A stretch of 64,000 bases of DNA from Anthoceros angustus (Eukaryota; Plantae; Anthocerotophyta), in contig VJWM01000317.1 in NCBI GenBank assembly GCA_010909165.1, positions 13,304 through 77,303 of the forward strand, read 5' to 3'. Position numbers and translations under genes: made by a program. Positions 1-11,224 of the stretch are shown piece after piece. Positions within the stretch are counted from its first letter, which is position 1; each line of letters begins with the position of its first letter. The notes below the pieces were generated by a model. That model worked only from the letters and a program-made list of their open reading frames with translations. It had not been told where the DNA came from and did no database searches.

Positions 1-528
1 GCGAGTTGGAATTAATGAGCCAGAATTGGTGTTAGAGTAGGAGATTGTGGAGGAAGGAAGGGTAGATGAGTAGAGAAGAAGAGGGCGTTGTTGATTGAGA
101 GAGTTGTGAGGAGGATTAGAGTGTAGGAAAACTAAGGCCACAGTGCGAGCCTAAGGGACGAATCCCAAACTGCAAGTAAGAGGGCGCTCCTGTGTGGAGA
201 AGAGTGTCTTAGGAGTAGGGACGGTTGCGGTGTGGGTCGGGGTCCCCTGGCGCCCGTGATAGACACACCTTGTTAAGACGAATAATTGTGTGGTGTCGTT
301 GTAGGTTGAGGTTTGGTGAGTTTACGGCAAAGACGGGCGGCGAGGCCAGAGAGGGAGCGTGAGAGGGCGCCTTGCTTGTTTAGAAGGCTGAGGTAGTGTG
401 TAGTGGTGTAGTGACGGATTTCAAGATCGACCCCCAAGTCTCATGGGACGAAACCCAACGCATTTAAAACGGGATAAGTGTGGCCGCTAGAGGGGAATCT
501 CGGAGTGCCCCGGGGTTTTCCTCCCACA
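1..528 (+). repeat. Family A Ty3/gypsy LTR (5'-truncated by window edge)
   Basis: Ends ...CTCCCACA immediately before a PBS. The same sequence recurs at 6668-7730(-), 16960-18015(-), 24494-25529(+), 40280-41335(+) and 63800-64000(-). Confidence 0.9.
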
Positions 529-532
529 TTTT

Positions 533-549
533 TGGCGCCGCTGTCGGGA
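533..549 (+). promoter_or_regulatory. Primer binding site, tRNA-Asp type
   Basis: TGGCGCCGCTGTCGGGA 4 nt after the LTR CA end. The copy at 16940-16955(-) reads TGGCGCCGTTGCGGGA, matching the complement of the plant tRNA-Asp 3' end (TGGCGCCGTTGCCGGGGA). Confidence 0.8.
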
Positions 550-3449
550 CTTGTGGTCAATTTGAAATTTTGAGATTTTCGTTGCTAGCTTGCGATGAGC
601 AGAGGATCTTGTAAGGAGGTGGAGCGGGGTCTAGGAAGAGGCCTACACGTCCTGGAACCTGCGTTGTGAAGGAGGAGCTCCACGCCTCGAATGGTGTGAT
701 TTTTGTGTTCCCCGCAGCAAGAATGGCGATGGGCGGAGTTGGCTGATTTTTCTTTAACAACCGTGTTTTGGAGGCTATGAGGATGCTTGCAGATGTCTAG
801 CAGAGGAGGGGAGAGGAGAAAACCATAGGAGGTCACCCCACTTATCGCAAGAGATCTAAGAGCTGCAAGAAGAAATCAATGGAGGGAGGAAAACGCAATG
901 GTTGCACGCGGCTCCAGGGAGGAGGAAGAGCTAAGGGCGCTTGAGGAGGAGGCCGTTTTGCCCTTGCCTACAAGGGGAGCCAAGTGATCCAGCAGAAAAC
1001 GCCGGAGAAGGGACGTCAAATCACCGACATGAAACAAAGGAGGTGGTTGAAGAAGAGGTAGTTGTCTAAGAGCAAGAGGAGGAGGAAGCACCGCTTCGAG
1101 CACGATTCAAGTTCAGCTACCAGCACCGGGCCTTCTCAACGCTGGACCTTCGTGGAGTGGTATCTAGCTCAACTCCAAGCGAAATGTAAAAGTGAAGAAG
1201 GTGGGGTGAGCAAAGGGGAATTTCAGGTCTCAAGATCTTGCGGAGCGCCTTGATAGAATCACCGCCAGCTCACCTTGGGACGCACACCTAGGGGAGACAC
1301 CATCCCACAACCGCCCCAATCTTTGTGCAGACACCCTTTCTCAGAGAACTTTGGTTGGAGAATTTACTGCAGGAGAGGAAGGGAGGTGTGAGTTCGCCTA
1401 GCTCATCCGGACCAAGCAACATGAGTGGAACAGAGTAGGAGGGGATTTGCTGTTTGGATAGTTGTGTGTTGAGGGGTGTGAGCGTGCTTGCGTCTAGCCT
1501 GGGAGGGAGGAAGTACTGTAGGAGTTGAGAGGAGATCACCCCGTCTTTGTGCAAGGGATTTGTGAACTGAATGGAGAAATCATGTGCGTGAAGAAAGCTT
1601 AGTTGCTGCTGATGTGCAAAGGAAGAAGCGGAGGAGAGATTTTAAGAGGAAGCTACATGTGCTAACATCTTCAAGGGTTCCGTTGAGGAAGAAGAGGTAG
1701 TTGTCTAAGAGCAAGAGGAGGTTGTGCTCACGGACAGCGAGAGGAAGGAGGTTGTTGCCGAGGAGTTGATCAAGGGTGAGGGTCAAGAACTGAGCCAATA
1801 ATTTCAAGGTACATCTTCCGTTCCAAGAGGAGGACTTTTTCGGTGGATTGTTGAGCTCTTCTAGCTCGAGTTGGTCGTCAAGAGGAGGAAGGCAAGAGGG
1901 TGAGATTTGGCGGAGAAGTTGGGGTAGATCTAATGGCCGAGCTACAAGGTCTTGATCGAATTATTGCCCATCTTGCTGCCTTTCAACCTTGCTTGTTAAG
2001 AGGATCGAGGCGCTTGTGTGCCCAAGTCTGTGTATAGTACATCCCGCTGGCAGATTTGCTTATTGCCAGACAGGTGGAGTTTCTTGGGAGGTGTGCACGC
2101 TTTGTGGACGCCTCAACCATGAGTGGAGGAAGTGGAGGTGGTGGAAACACCCACAGCTACCAGCAATATGGGAGATTTGGGAGAAGCAACAGGTGAAGAT
2201 GTTGAGGCTTTTGTGCAAACTTTTGAACATGTGACTCATACGAATTTGGAAGCCTCAATCGTGGATTGTCTCCGAAATTTTCCTAGAGTACTTCGAGGTC
2301 ATGGCCAGCAGCGGTATAGTCACACGTATGGAGCTGCATCACCGTTGGGTTGGGATTATATGAGAGCTGTATCTTTGAACCGGTTTTGTGGCTTAAGCTA
2401 TGCACATCACACGTTGGTCCGGTTGAGGACTCTGCGAAGGAAGAGGAGGGAGTCTTTGTATGATTACATAGAGGAGAGAGTACCACCACGGCCACCTGAA
2501 GGATGTAGCCTTCTGCAAAAGCAAGGCCTATGGTATGACCTTTCTTGATAAAAGTTGGGGAAACAGTGTAGGAAGGAGTTAGAGGGAACACATGTAGATC
2601 CATGTGCCATAGAAAAATTAGAGCTAGAATGTGGTAAGGTGGTGAAGATTTCTAAGTGTAGAGGAGATGGTAGAGTTTAAGAAGGTGCAGGGAAGAGCAT
2701 GAGAATGCAGGTTTCATTTTTCGATCGAAACCGGAGAGCGACTTGAGGCTGCGATGACCGATTTCGACGAGGAGTTGGTTGCCACGGCCTGGGTTGAAGG
2801 GGAGGACGTGAGCATGTTGTAGACGGCCTAAGATTGATCAGCAAGCCTTGTTGCCAGCAGAGGTCAAATGAGCAAGAAGGGGAGGCCAGTGAAAGGCCGC
2901 AGCAGACAACTGGAACCGAGAGGGATAAAAGGGCGCCAGTATGGGCGCGAGGAGGAGGCTGGAATGCTCCTCAAGGGTGAGCAGTCAGGAGGGCTGCAAG
3001 TGGAGGCCAGCGTTAAAAGAAAGAAGCGAAACGACATGGGAGCCGCCCAAGTAAAGAAAAGGCGCCCCACTTGGCGAGGTGCCAGGCGCCATGGAGAGGA
3101 GAAGGCCCTAGGGAGGTAGGTGCGCAGAGGAGGAAGGAGATGCATCCCATGAGAAGCTTGAGCAAACGGCAGGAGAAGAAAATGGCGATTCATGGAAATC
3201 ACTCATGAGGTGGCCATGGGGTAAACAGCAAGGAGGTCGCCATGGGAGCACGAGCTGGACCTGGACACGAGGCTAGACCAGCAGGAATGGAAGAAATCCG
3301 AACGTTGTTGGAGGAGGAGCATGCAAACGGGCTGCTCAAAACTTGCGATGGACAAAGCGAAACTGGATTTGTGGATGGAACAACGCCGTCTGGGCTGCTG
3401 GTGGGCGAGCTAGCAGGAGGCGACGTGGTATGCGTGGAAGGAGGAGATT

Positions 3450-4630
3450 AGAACGTGAGGGGCGTTCATGCCCAAGTGTTGAATGGTGAGGTACGAAATT
3501 TTCTAGAGCATGGAATCATGCCCGATGGTTTGTCTAGGAGGGCAGCTGTTTTTCTCCACAAGACAGCCCCTTATTGCCTACGGATGGGGTCTTGTACAAG
3601 CTTGGTCCGACGAGAAGATTGATGTTTGGAAATTAGAGAAGCTGGTCACGCTTTATATAAGAGGTGGTCATTATTCACGAAATCACGTGAAGAAGGTCTT
3701 GGATGCGCTCGTGGGCTACAATGCGAGGGATGTGTGGGAATTTATTAGGAGGTGTGATGTCGAGGGTTGGAAGGCCCACTTTGTCAACACAAAGGGCCTC
3801 TCACCTACATACTACCTTTGGCACCATTTGAGAAGTGGGGTATAGATTTTGTAGGTCCAATCAAGCCACCCACACAATGGACAAGGAAGCAATATATCTG
3901 GTGGCTACGGACTATTGTACAAAGATGGTGGAGGTCAAGCAACAAGGAAGGACGACGACCAGAGCGTTTCTCTTTGAGAACATTATAACGAGGTATGGAT
4001 GTCCTTTTGAGTTGATGGGAACTCATTTCCTCAACTCTGATTGAGACTCTCACCACCTACTTCAACATTCGATCGAAAGACAACTCCTTACAATCCCAAA
4101 GCGAATGGTTTGACGGAGAAAACGAATGGGTCAAGTCTGACCAAGGTAACTGTGGACTCACATGTATGATTGGGACACTAAGCTACATTCAAGCTATGGG
4201 CTGAGCAGAGAAGGTGACAACCAAGAAGACCCCTTATTATTTAACATATGGCATGTCTCCTGTGATGCAGTGAATTTGAAGTACCTACCTATAGAATCAT
4301 GGAGGATGAGCGATGACTCAGAGAGATAGTGTAGCTAGATTAGAATCTTTCATAGAGCATGAGGAACGAGGAAGATGCTTTAGAAGAAACTCAGGGAGCT
4401 TAGAAAGGATAGGCATGATGGGAAGTTGAGGAAGCAAGAAGCTATCCCGGGATTTGGTTCTTCTATGATAGCCGCTATATGGACTTCCTGGAAGCTTAGA
4501 TTGAGATGGATGGGACCTTACGAGGTGGTGGCAGTGTATGAGAATGGATCCGTGCAACCACGCAGCCGGATGGGGATTTGCGCCAACTAGAGTGAATGGG
4601 TGGAAGGTTAAGAAGTACCTTCACCCGAGA
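3450..4630 (+). pseudogene. Gypsy integrase remnant
   Basis: GGHYS, CDVC-like, PFEKWGIDFVGPI, VATDYCTKMVE, NIITRYGCP, W.GPYEVV pieces spread over shifting frames; near-identical to the cleaner copy at 61240-62030(-). Confidence 0.85.
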
Positions 4631-4859
4631 TCTGCTGTTTGCGAGGACGCAAACAGTGAGGAGGGAGTATGTGGAACGCAAAAGTTTGGGCAACAAGCTT
4701 AAATGAGTTTGCTTTGGAACAGGCCCACACTCTTTTGCTAGAAATGGTTTGGTGAAGACATGCAAGGAAATTTTTGCTCCTTTTGAGCGGAGTTGTAGGA
4801 CCATGTCGGGAAGGCAAAGAGGATATGCAGGAAAAGAAACGGGTCAAAACGACCTCGGT

Positions 4860-5110
4860 GAGGAGAAAGGTAACCTACATGAGTGGTAGGAGGTGTCCTA
4901 CCACCGAGGAGAAACTCCTACCATGGTAGACGAGGGTAGGAGAGATCCTACCACCGTAGGAGAATGACCCTAGTGTTTTGATCACCGTAGGAATAGCTAC
5001 CATGGTAGGAGAGGGTAGGAAGGTATCCTACCGCCAGAGTAACTCCTACCGTGGTAGGAGAAGGAGGAAAACGCCTACCATGGTAGGAGGATGTCCTACC
5101 ACGAGGAGAT
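4860..5110. repeat. Array of ~20-22 nt quasi-palindromic units (GGTAGGA...TCCTACC; core TCCTACCATGGTAGGA)
   Basis: Directly visible. Same array at ~8080-8190, 9480-9555, 11085-11225, 12855-13110, 18370-18430, 19715-19785, 21670-21925, 22715-22770, 24055-24150 and 26030-26115. Confidence 0.9.
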
Positions 5111-6667
5111 GCTAAGGAAAGTAGCTTATGTTTTAGGAAGGATAGGCTTGCTATATATAGGGTCTTTTAGTGGACTAGATAAATAGGCCAAAATAGGTAA
5201 TTAAGAAATTAGAGGCTAATTTTCAGAATTAGAAATTAGAAAAATAGGGAAAATGGTATTTTAGTATAAGGAATTAGGAAACTAACATCAACGGTGAGAA
5301 ACGTGGCACACATCCAAGGGCAGGATAGAATGGTAGTTACTTTTTCTAACCCTTGGGTGACTTATAAAAGTGGATTAGAGGCCACAACTCGAAACTTGAG
5401 GAGACAGAGGAAGGCGCCGCCACACCTCAAGCTAAGGCCCCATACAGCAACGCACATGATTAAGGAGAAGAAGGGCGTGAGCTCAAGAAGGAGGCAAGCC
5501 AGCGCCCAAGAGAGGAAGAAGGAGGAAAAAGAGGAAGAAGAGAAGGGAGAAGAAGGTTGGGCGCAACCCAACACTTGCCAAGCTCGTGAGGGTGCCTAGG
5601 AGGGTGGAGCGTGGCAGGCACAGGAAATTGTGAAGGAAAAGCTCCCAAATCGGAGACACAAGTGTAAGGACTCGTGAGGAACTTTGGAGGAGAATTGCCA
5701 AATCATAACAGCGAGTTGGTGCTTGGGAAGGCTAGCAAGGCCAGGTGGCTTGTGGCAAGGTGAAGAAGAAGGGCGTGAGCTCGAGGAGGTGAAGTCCGTG
5801 CGCCCAAGAGAGAAGGAGGAAATTGAGGAAGAAGAGAAGGGAGAAGGTTGGGCGCAACCCAACACTTGCCAAGCTCGTGAGGGTGCCTAGGAGGGTGGAG
5901 CGTGGCAAGATTGCTAGGAAACCGTGCAGGAAGGGCTCCTAAATTGTTGTGCGGTGTAGAGTCAGGTGGGGAATTTTGTTGAGCTTTCTGCAGGAGAAAT
6001 CGGGGTTTGAGACGCCAAGGTGTAAGGACTGCAGGAGGAGAGCAAGGGCAAGGACCTTTGAGCTGTGAGCAAAAGCAAATCACCGAGGAGGAGAAACGTA
6101 AGGATAAGAAGTCGGTGAGCCGCAGGAATTGCAGAGGCATCACTTTTCTTCAATTTCGTGCAAGTACTAACCAAGGAGGCCATGACCAAGCCCACCATGA
6201 CCAAGGGCAAGGAGGTAGTAGCCAAGGAAGGAGCGTCCACCAAGGAGGTGGCGCAGGAGCGGGCAAGAGGTCTAAGGCAGGAGGATCAGACCCCGGAGGG
6301 TGGAAATTTGACATGCCACTATTTACGTGCTATGCAGCCAGCTGTCCTCTAGAGACCTTTCAGACTTTTGACCTTGGGCAGCGAGGAGGAGAATATTCAT
6401 AGAGTGGGTGTATGGGCGACATTGGTCTCCACCAACCTTGAATTGATAGAAGAGTGTTTTGCTAATTTGCAGCAGACGGAAGAGGAATTGGCTGCCTACC
6501 GATAGAAACGCACGGACGGATCCACTGTTGGAGTAAGGAGCATACGCCAGTCTATGGCAGCGGATAGCGAGGATAGCGGAATCACGTTGATGGAAGGAAC
6601 GAGTGAGGCAAGCGTGCATCAACGGCGGATCTTCCCAAGGGAACCCTTACCCTTATGCAAGGGGGCA

Positions 6668-9600
6668 TGTGGGAGGAAAACCCCAGGGCACTCCCGAGAT
6701 TCCCCTCTAGCGGCCACACTTATCCCACTGCTTCGTGACGTTGGGTTTCGTCCCATGAGACTTGGGGAACTGATCTTGAGAACCACACCACCGCAGCTAC
6801 ACACTACCTCCTTCTAAACAAGCAAGGCGCCCTCTCACGCTCCTCTACAGCAGCTACGCCCGCATCGCTCAGAACTCACCAAACCTCAACCTACAACGAC
6901 ACCACACAATTGCAGTGTTACGACAAAGAAGGTGTCTATCACGGCGCCAGGACCCCGACCCACACCGCAACTCGTCCCTACTCCTAAGACACTCTTCTCC
7001 TGTGAGCGCCTCTTACTTGCAGTTGGGATTCGTCCCTTAGGCTCTGCGTGGCCTCCGTTTTTCCTACACTCTAATCCTCCTCACAACTCTCTCAATCAAC
7101 AACGCCCTCTTCTTCTCTACTCATCTACCCTTCCTTCCTCCACAATCTCCTACTCTAACACCAATTCTGGCTCATTAATTCCAACTCGCCTTACGGCACA
7201 ACCGCCTGGGGTCCGTCCAGGAAATTAACGAGTTCTTCCTTGGGCGTTATGTGGTTTGCACGCAATGAGAACCTGGAGTCTTTCCTGCAGTCTACCCTCA
7301 AGCCGAGAGTTCCTTGAGCATCGCCACACACTCAAAGCAAAACAATTCACACAAAGAACCATTCACAAGGGAGCAGTGGGCGCTGCAAAGAGCAAGCCCT
7401 CCACCCAAAGACCTCCGCCGCTTCTCTCTCTACGGACCTGCGTTGGCTTGCTGCACGAAATTCACAAAGTGAAGGACTCGGGAGGATGGGAGCGCAAGAC
7501 ACGATAATTTTACTTCACAAGCTCCCTCCTTTTATAGGGAGGTCCTCACATACAGCCTCCCGGCGCCCTCCGCACGCCACTCCTTATTTTAGTGTATCCT
7601 ATTGTCGACTTTAAGTTCGACATCCAAGCATCTTGGGTAAAATTCTATTCTAGCAAAATTCACCTATGTGAGCCTTAATGGCTCACAACATTCCTATCTA
7701 GCTAGTCAACACACTCTCCGACAAGCATTAATGCTCCTCCTCTAAAGAAAAGTCTTCCCAAGTGGCATCTTGCCCCATGTCTTCAAGCTAATTTAAGGAC
7801 TTCTTATGAATCCCTTCCTTATCTTGATGCCTATCTTGAGTTCCTTCCTCCAATAAAATAGCCGGGCTCTCTTAGCCTGGCTCATCCTCGACTTCTCCTC
7901 TTCCTCTCACTTGTGGAGCAAGTGAGCTCCTTGCCCTGCACCCATGTTAGGAGGTTGGTCTTCTCCTTGTGATTCTTGCTCCATTCTGCAAGATCAACCC
8001 CTCTTCCTTCTTTCTCCGCAAGGGCCAAGGTCGCCTCCCTTGCCGTCAAATCCATGCTAGCCTTGAATCGCTTCTTCCCCTCCTACCATGGCCTTCTCCA
8101 TACCTCCTACCACGGTAGGAGTCCCTCCTACCACGGTAGGAGTCCCTCCACGGTAGGAACTCCTCCTACCACGGTAGGAGTTCCTACCGGGTCGTTTCTT
8201 CTTCCTTACCCCTTCACAGGGTGATTCTCTCCACTGCAGCTTCCCGCTTCACTGCTTCTCCACAGTGCGAAGTTTCTTCACCCCGTTGCTTGGGACACTC
8301 CAAGTCTAAGGCTTCCGGTTGGACTTGCATGAGGGCCTCCCTATCATCGTCATGAGGTCCCAACATCCTCCTCTCAGAAGTCGCAACAACTCGTTAGTGG
8401 CCTTGAGCACCTTGTTGTGAAGATGGGCTGCAAATCGTTGTTGTGCCATCTCCAATTCGTAATCCTCAAGCCATACTCCATGCTCACACTTGCTTTTGTA
8501 AGCATCTCGCTCCAAGGCCAGCTCACCAGTCTTGACATGGAGAGCCACATTCTCCGTCCTCTCATTCTGCAGTTGGCGGATCAATCTCTCTTGTAGGGCA
8601 TAATCAGCCCGAAATCTCTGCTCCCTCACCGCCAACATATGCTGCACAACCGCCTCATGACGGCCTTTCTCCTTTGCCATTTCTTCCTCCAACTCCCCTA
8701 TCCTCCTAGGGAGTTGTGCATTCTCCGTTCTTTGGACTTCTCGTTCCATTTCCAATCTTTGGACAAAATGTGTCCGTTCTTCCAGCTCTTCTTCCTTCAA
8801 TTCCAGCCTCATTTCTCCCAGCTCCTTTTCCATGTCACTAATCTTCACACTGTGGCTATGACCCGCTCATGTGCGCCTACTTGCCTTTGTCCGCCCCTCA
8901 TTTGCCGCAGATTGCTCTCGTCTTGACCTTTCCTCCATTAGCAGCACTTGCTTGTCTTCCGCCTTCTTTTCCCATGCGCACCATGTGAGCAAGTTGCTCC
9001 ACCTTCTCCTCTCGAGCTGCCAATTGCTTGGTAAGAGCCTTGTTCTCCGAATATGATTGTTTGCCTCGTAGCCTTGTTTCAAGACTCTTTCCAAGTGCTC
9101 CACTTGAGCTTCCATCCTCATAACATCCTCCGCACTGGGTTTCCGCCTACCCGCAATTTCCCTTGCTTGGTAGGTCCTTGTCTTCCGCCTCCTTCAAGAA
9201 TTCAACTCTCCTCTTGGCGGCTCCTACATCTACCTTGAACATCTCCCTATGCGCAGCATCTCCTCCAACATGTCCAAGTCTCCTTTCTTACCTCCTCCGG
9301 GAGACTCAAGGCCTTTGCCTTGCTCATGGGATCTTACATCCCTTGCTTCCCTATGATGAGCTCCCGCTCATCACTTGGTGGGCAACTCCTCCCACCGTGA
9401 CTCCATCCGCTCGCCCACCTACGGGCCGGTTGCCTTCTTATCTCCCGCTTGGGAGCTTCCAAACCGTGACTTCCTTTCCCTCCTACCGTGGTAGGAGGTG
9501 CTACCACCGTAGGACTACTTCACCGTGGTAGGACTAATTCCGCCACCGTAGGCCTTGTCATGAGGACGAAGGGGTCCCAAACCATGGGAACACCTCCCAC

Positions 9601-10470
9601 CTCGCAGTGGATTCCGCCATGGTAGGATCTATCCTACCTTCCATCTCCGCATCCTCCGCGGTCCAAACTTCAAATCCCCTACAACTTCTCCTTGCAAGTC
9701 CTCCTGCACATCCTCGGCCTATCTTTCGGAGGATTCCTTCCGGCAATAATGTCCTGTGTGGTGCTGCGGCACCTCCTTTAGCGCAAAGCACCAAGCACTC
9801 CCTCTCTGTGTTACACAATGTTAAAGGGATGCTTGGAATCATCCAACTCCTTACTTGTGAGTAGCCCTCTACTTCCCACAAATGCACTAGATAAGTGCTA
9901 AGATAGCATGGCCTGCCTTCTTCATCCGACGCGTTGGGTTTCGAACTTTTCCCTTGGTAGGTGTATGCTTCATACATGATGAGCCCCAATCCGCTTCGCC
10001 CTTGAGTGATCTTCCATAGAAAATGGAGGAAGGTAGTGCTGAAATATGACACCTTGGATTGCTCACCAAGCCCAAAACAATTCTTGTGAACAATCTCCAC
10101 TTGGGCTCCAAGATTTGGTCCGTCGCCAACCATTCTTGGACTTAGCCTTCATGCCCCTTGCATAAGTGTAAGGGCTCCTTGGGAAGATCCGCCGTTGATG
10201 CACGCTTGCCTCCGCTCGTTCCTTCCATCAAGCGTGATTCCGCTATCTCGCCATCCGCCCGCTCCTGCGTATGCTCCTTACATCCAACACCGTGGATCCG
10301 TCTGCTTTCTATCCGGTAAGGCGGCCAATTCCTCTTCCGTCTGCTGCAAATTAGCAAAACACTCTTCTATCAATTCAAGGTTGGTGTAAGACCAATGTCG
10401 CCCATACACCCACTCTAGCTGAATATTCTCCTCTGCTGCCCAAGGTCGAAAGTCGAAAGGTCTCTAGAGG
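6668..10470 (-). mobile_element. Family A 3' half on - strand (extra ORF, 3'UTR, PPT, LTR 6668-~7730)
   Basis: LTR reverse complement starts TGTGGGAGGAAAACCCC at 6668; PPT complement CTCCTCCTCTAAAGAAAAG at ~7733; coiled-coil ORF pieces at 8306-8848 and 9558-10133. Confidence 0.85.
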
Positions 10471-11095
10471 ATAGCGGAATCACGCTTGATGGAAGGAACG
10501 AGCGGAGGCAAGCGTGCATCAACGGCGGATCTTCCCAAGGGAGCCCTTACCCTTATGCAAGGGCATGAAGGCTAAGTCTAAGAACGGTTGGACGGACCAA
10601 ATCTTGGAGCCCCAAGTGGAGATTGTTCACAAGAATTGTTTTGGGCTTGGTGAGCAATCCAAGGGTGTCATATTTCAGACTACCTTCCTCCATTTTCTAT
10701 GGAAGATCACTCAAGGAGCGAAGCCGGATTGGGGCTCATCATGTATGAAGCATACACCTACCACCGGAAAAGTTGTCAAACCCAACGCGGATGAAGAGTC
10801 CAAGCTATATCTTAGCACTTATCTAGTGCATTTGTGGGAAGTAGAGGGCTACTCACAAGTAAGGAGTTGGATGATTCCAAGCATCCCTTTAACATTGTGT
10901 ACTTACGTGAGAGGGACAGGAGTGCTTGGTGCTTTGCCTAAAGGAGGTGCCGAAGCACCACCGGACATTATTGCCGGAAGGAATCCTCCAAAGATAGGCC
11001 GAGGATGCAGGAGGACTTGCAAGGAGAAGTTGTAGGGGATTTGAAGTTTGGACCGGAGGATGCGGAGATGGAAGGTAGGATAGATCCTACCATGG
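10470..11095 (+). mobile_element. Inverted (fold-back) fragment of the family A extra ORF
   Basis: ORF 10514-11035 (+) is the reverse complement of 9620-10250 and 11230-11710; its right junction lies in TCCTACCATGGTAGGA. Confidence 0.8.
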
Positions 11096-11224
11096 TAGGA
11101 CATCCTCCTCGGTGGTAGGAGTTTCTCCTACGGTGGTAGGATCTCTCCTACCCTCTCCTACCATGGTAGGACACCTCCTACCATGGTAGGAGTTTCTCCT
11201 ACCACGGTAGGAAGTAGTCCTACG

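Larger units (their letters stand above)
1..6667 (+). mobile_element. Family A non-autonomous gypsy element, 3'-truncated (LTR, PBS, gag remnant, INT remnant, palindromic array, start of extra ORF)
   Basis: Gag-like GEDVEAFVQTFE at ~2190; integrase LAPFEKWGIDFVGPIKPP, ITRYGCP, YNPKANGLTEKTN at 3820-4130; frameshifted throughout; no RT (YxDD) found. Confidence 0.85.

Noticed and set aside
533-549. tRNA gene
   Set aside because: Only a 17-18 nt complement of a tRNA 3' end next to an LTR, i.e. a PBS; no cloverleaf.
1052-1085. Short direct repeat with 1691-1722 as a functional element
   Set aside because: The second element copy (~16425-16460 on -) has a different sequence at the first site; likely a consensus error or local conversion.
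4860-5110. Palindromic repeat arrays as CRISPR
   Set aside because: Linkers are only 4-8 nt and not unique spacers; there are no cas genes; the arrays are an internal part of a eukaryotic LTR element.
8306-8848. Host myosin/SMC-like coiled-coil gene
   Set aside because: Multi-copy, always at the same position before the PPT/LTR, with no motor or ATPase motifs.
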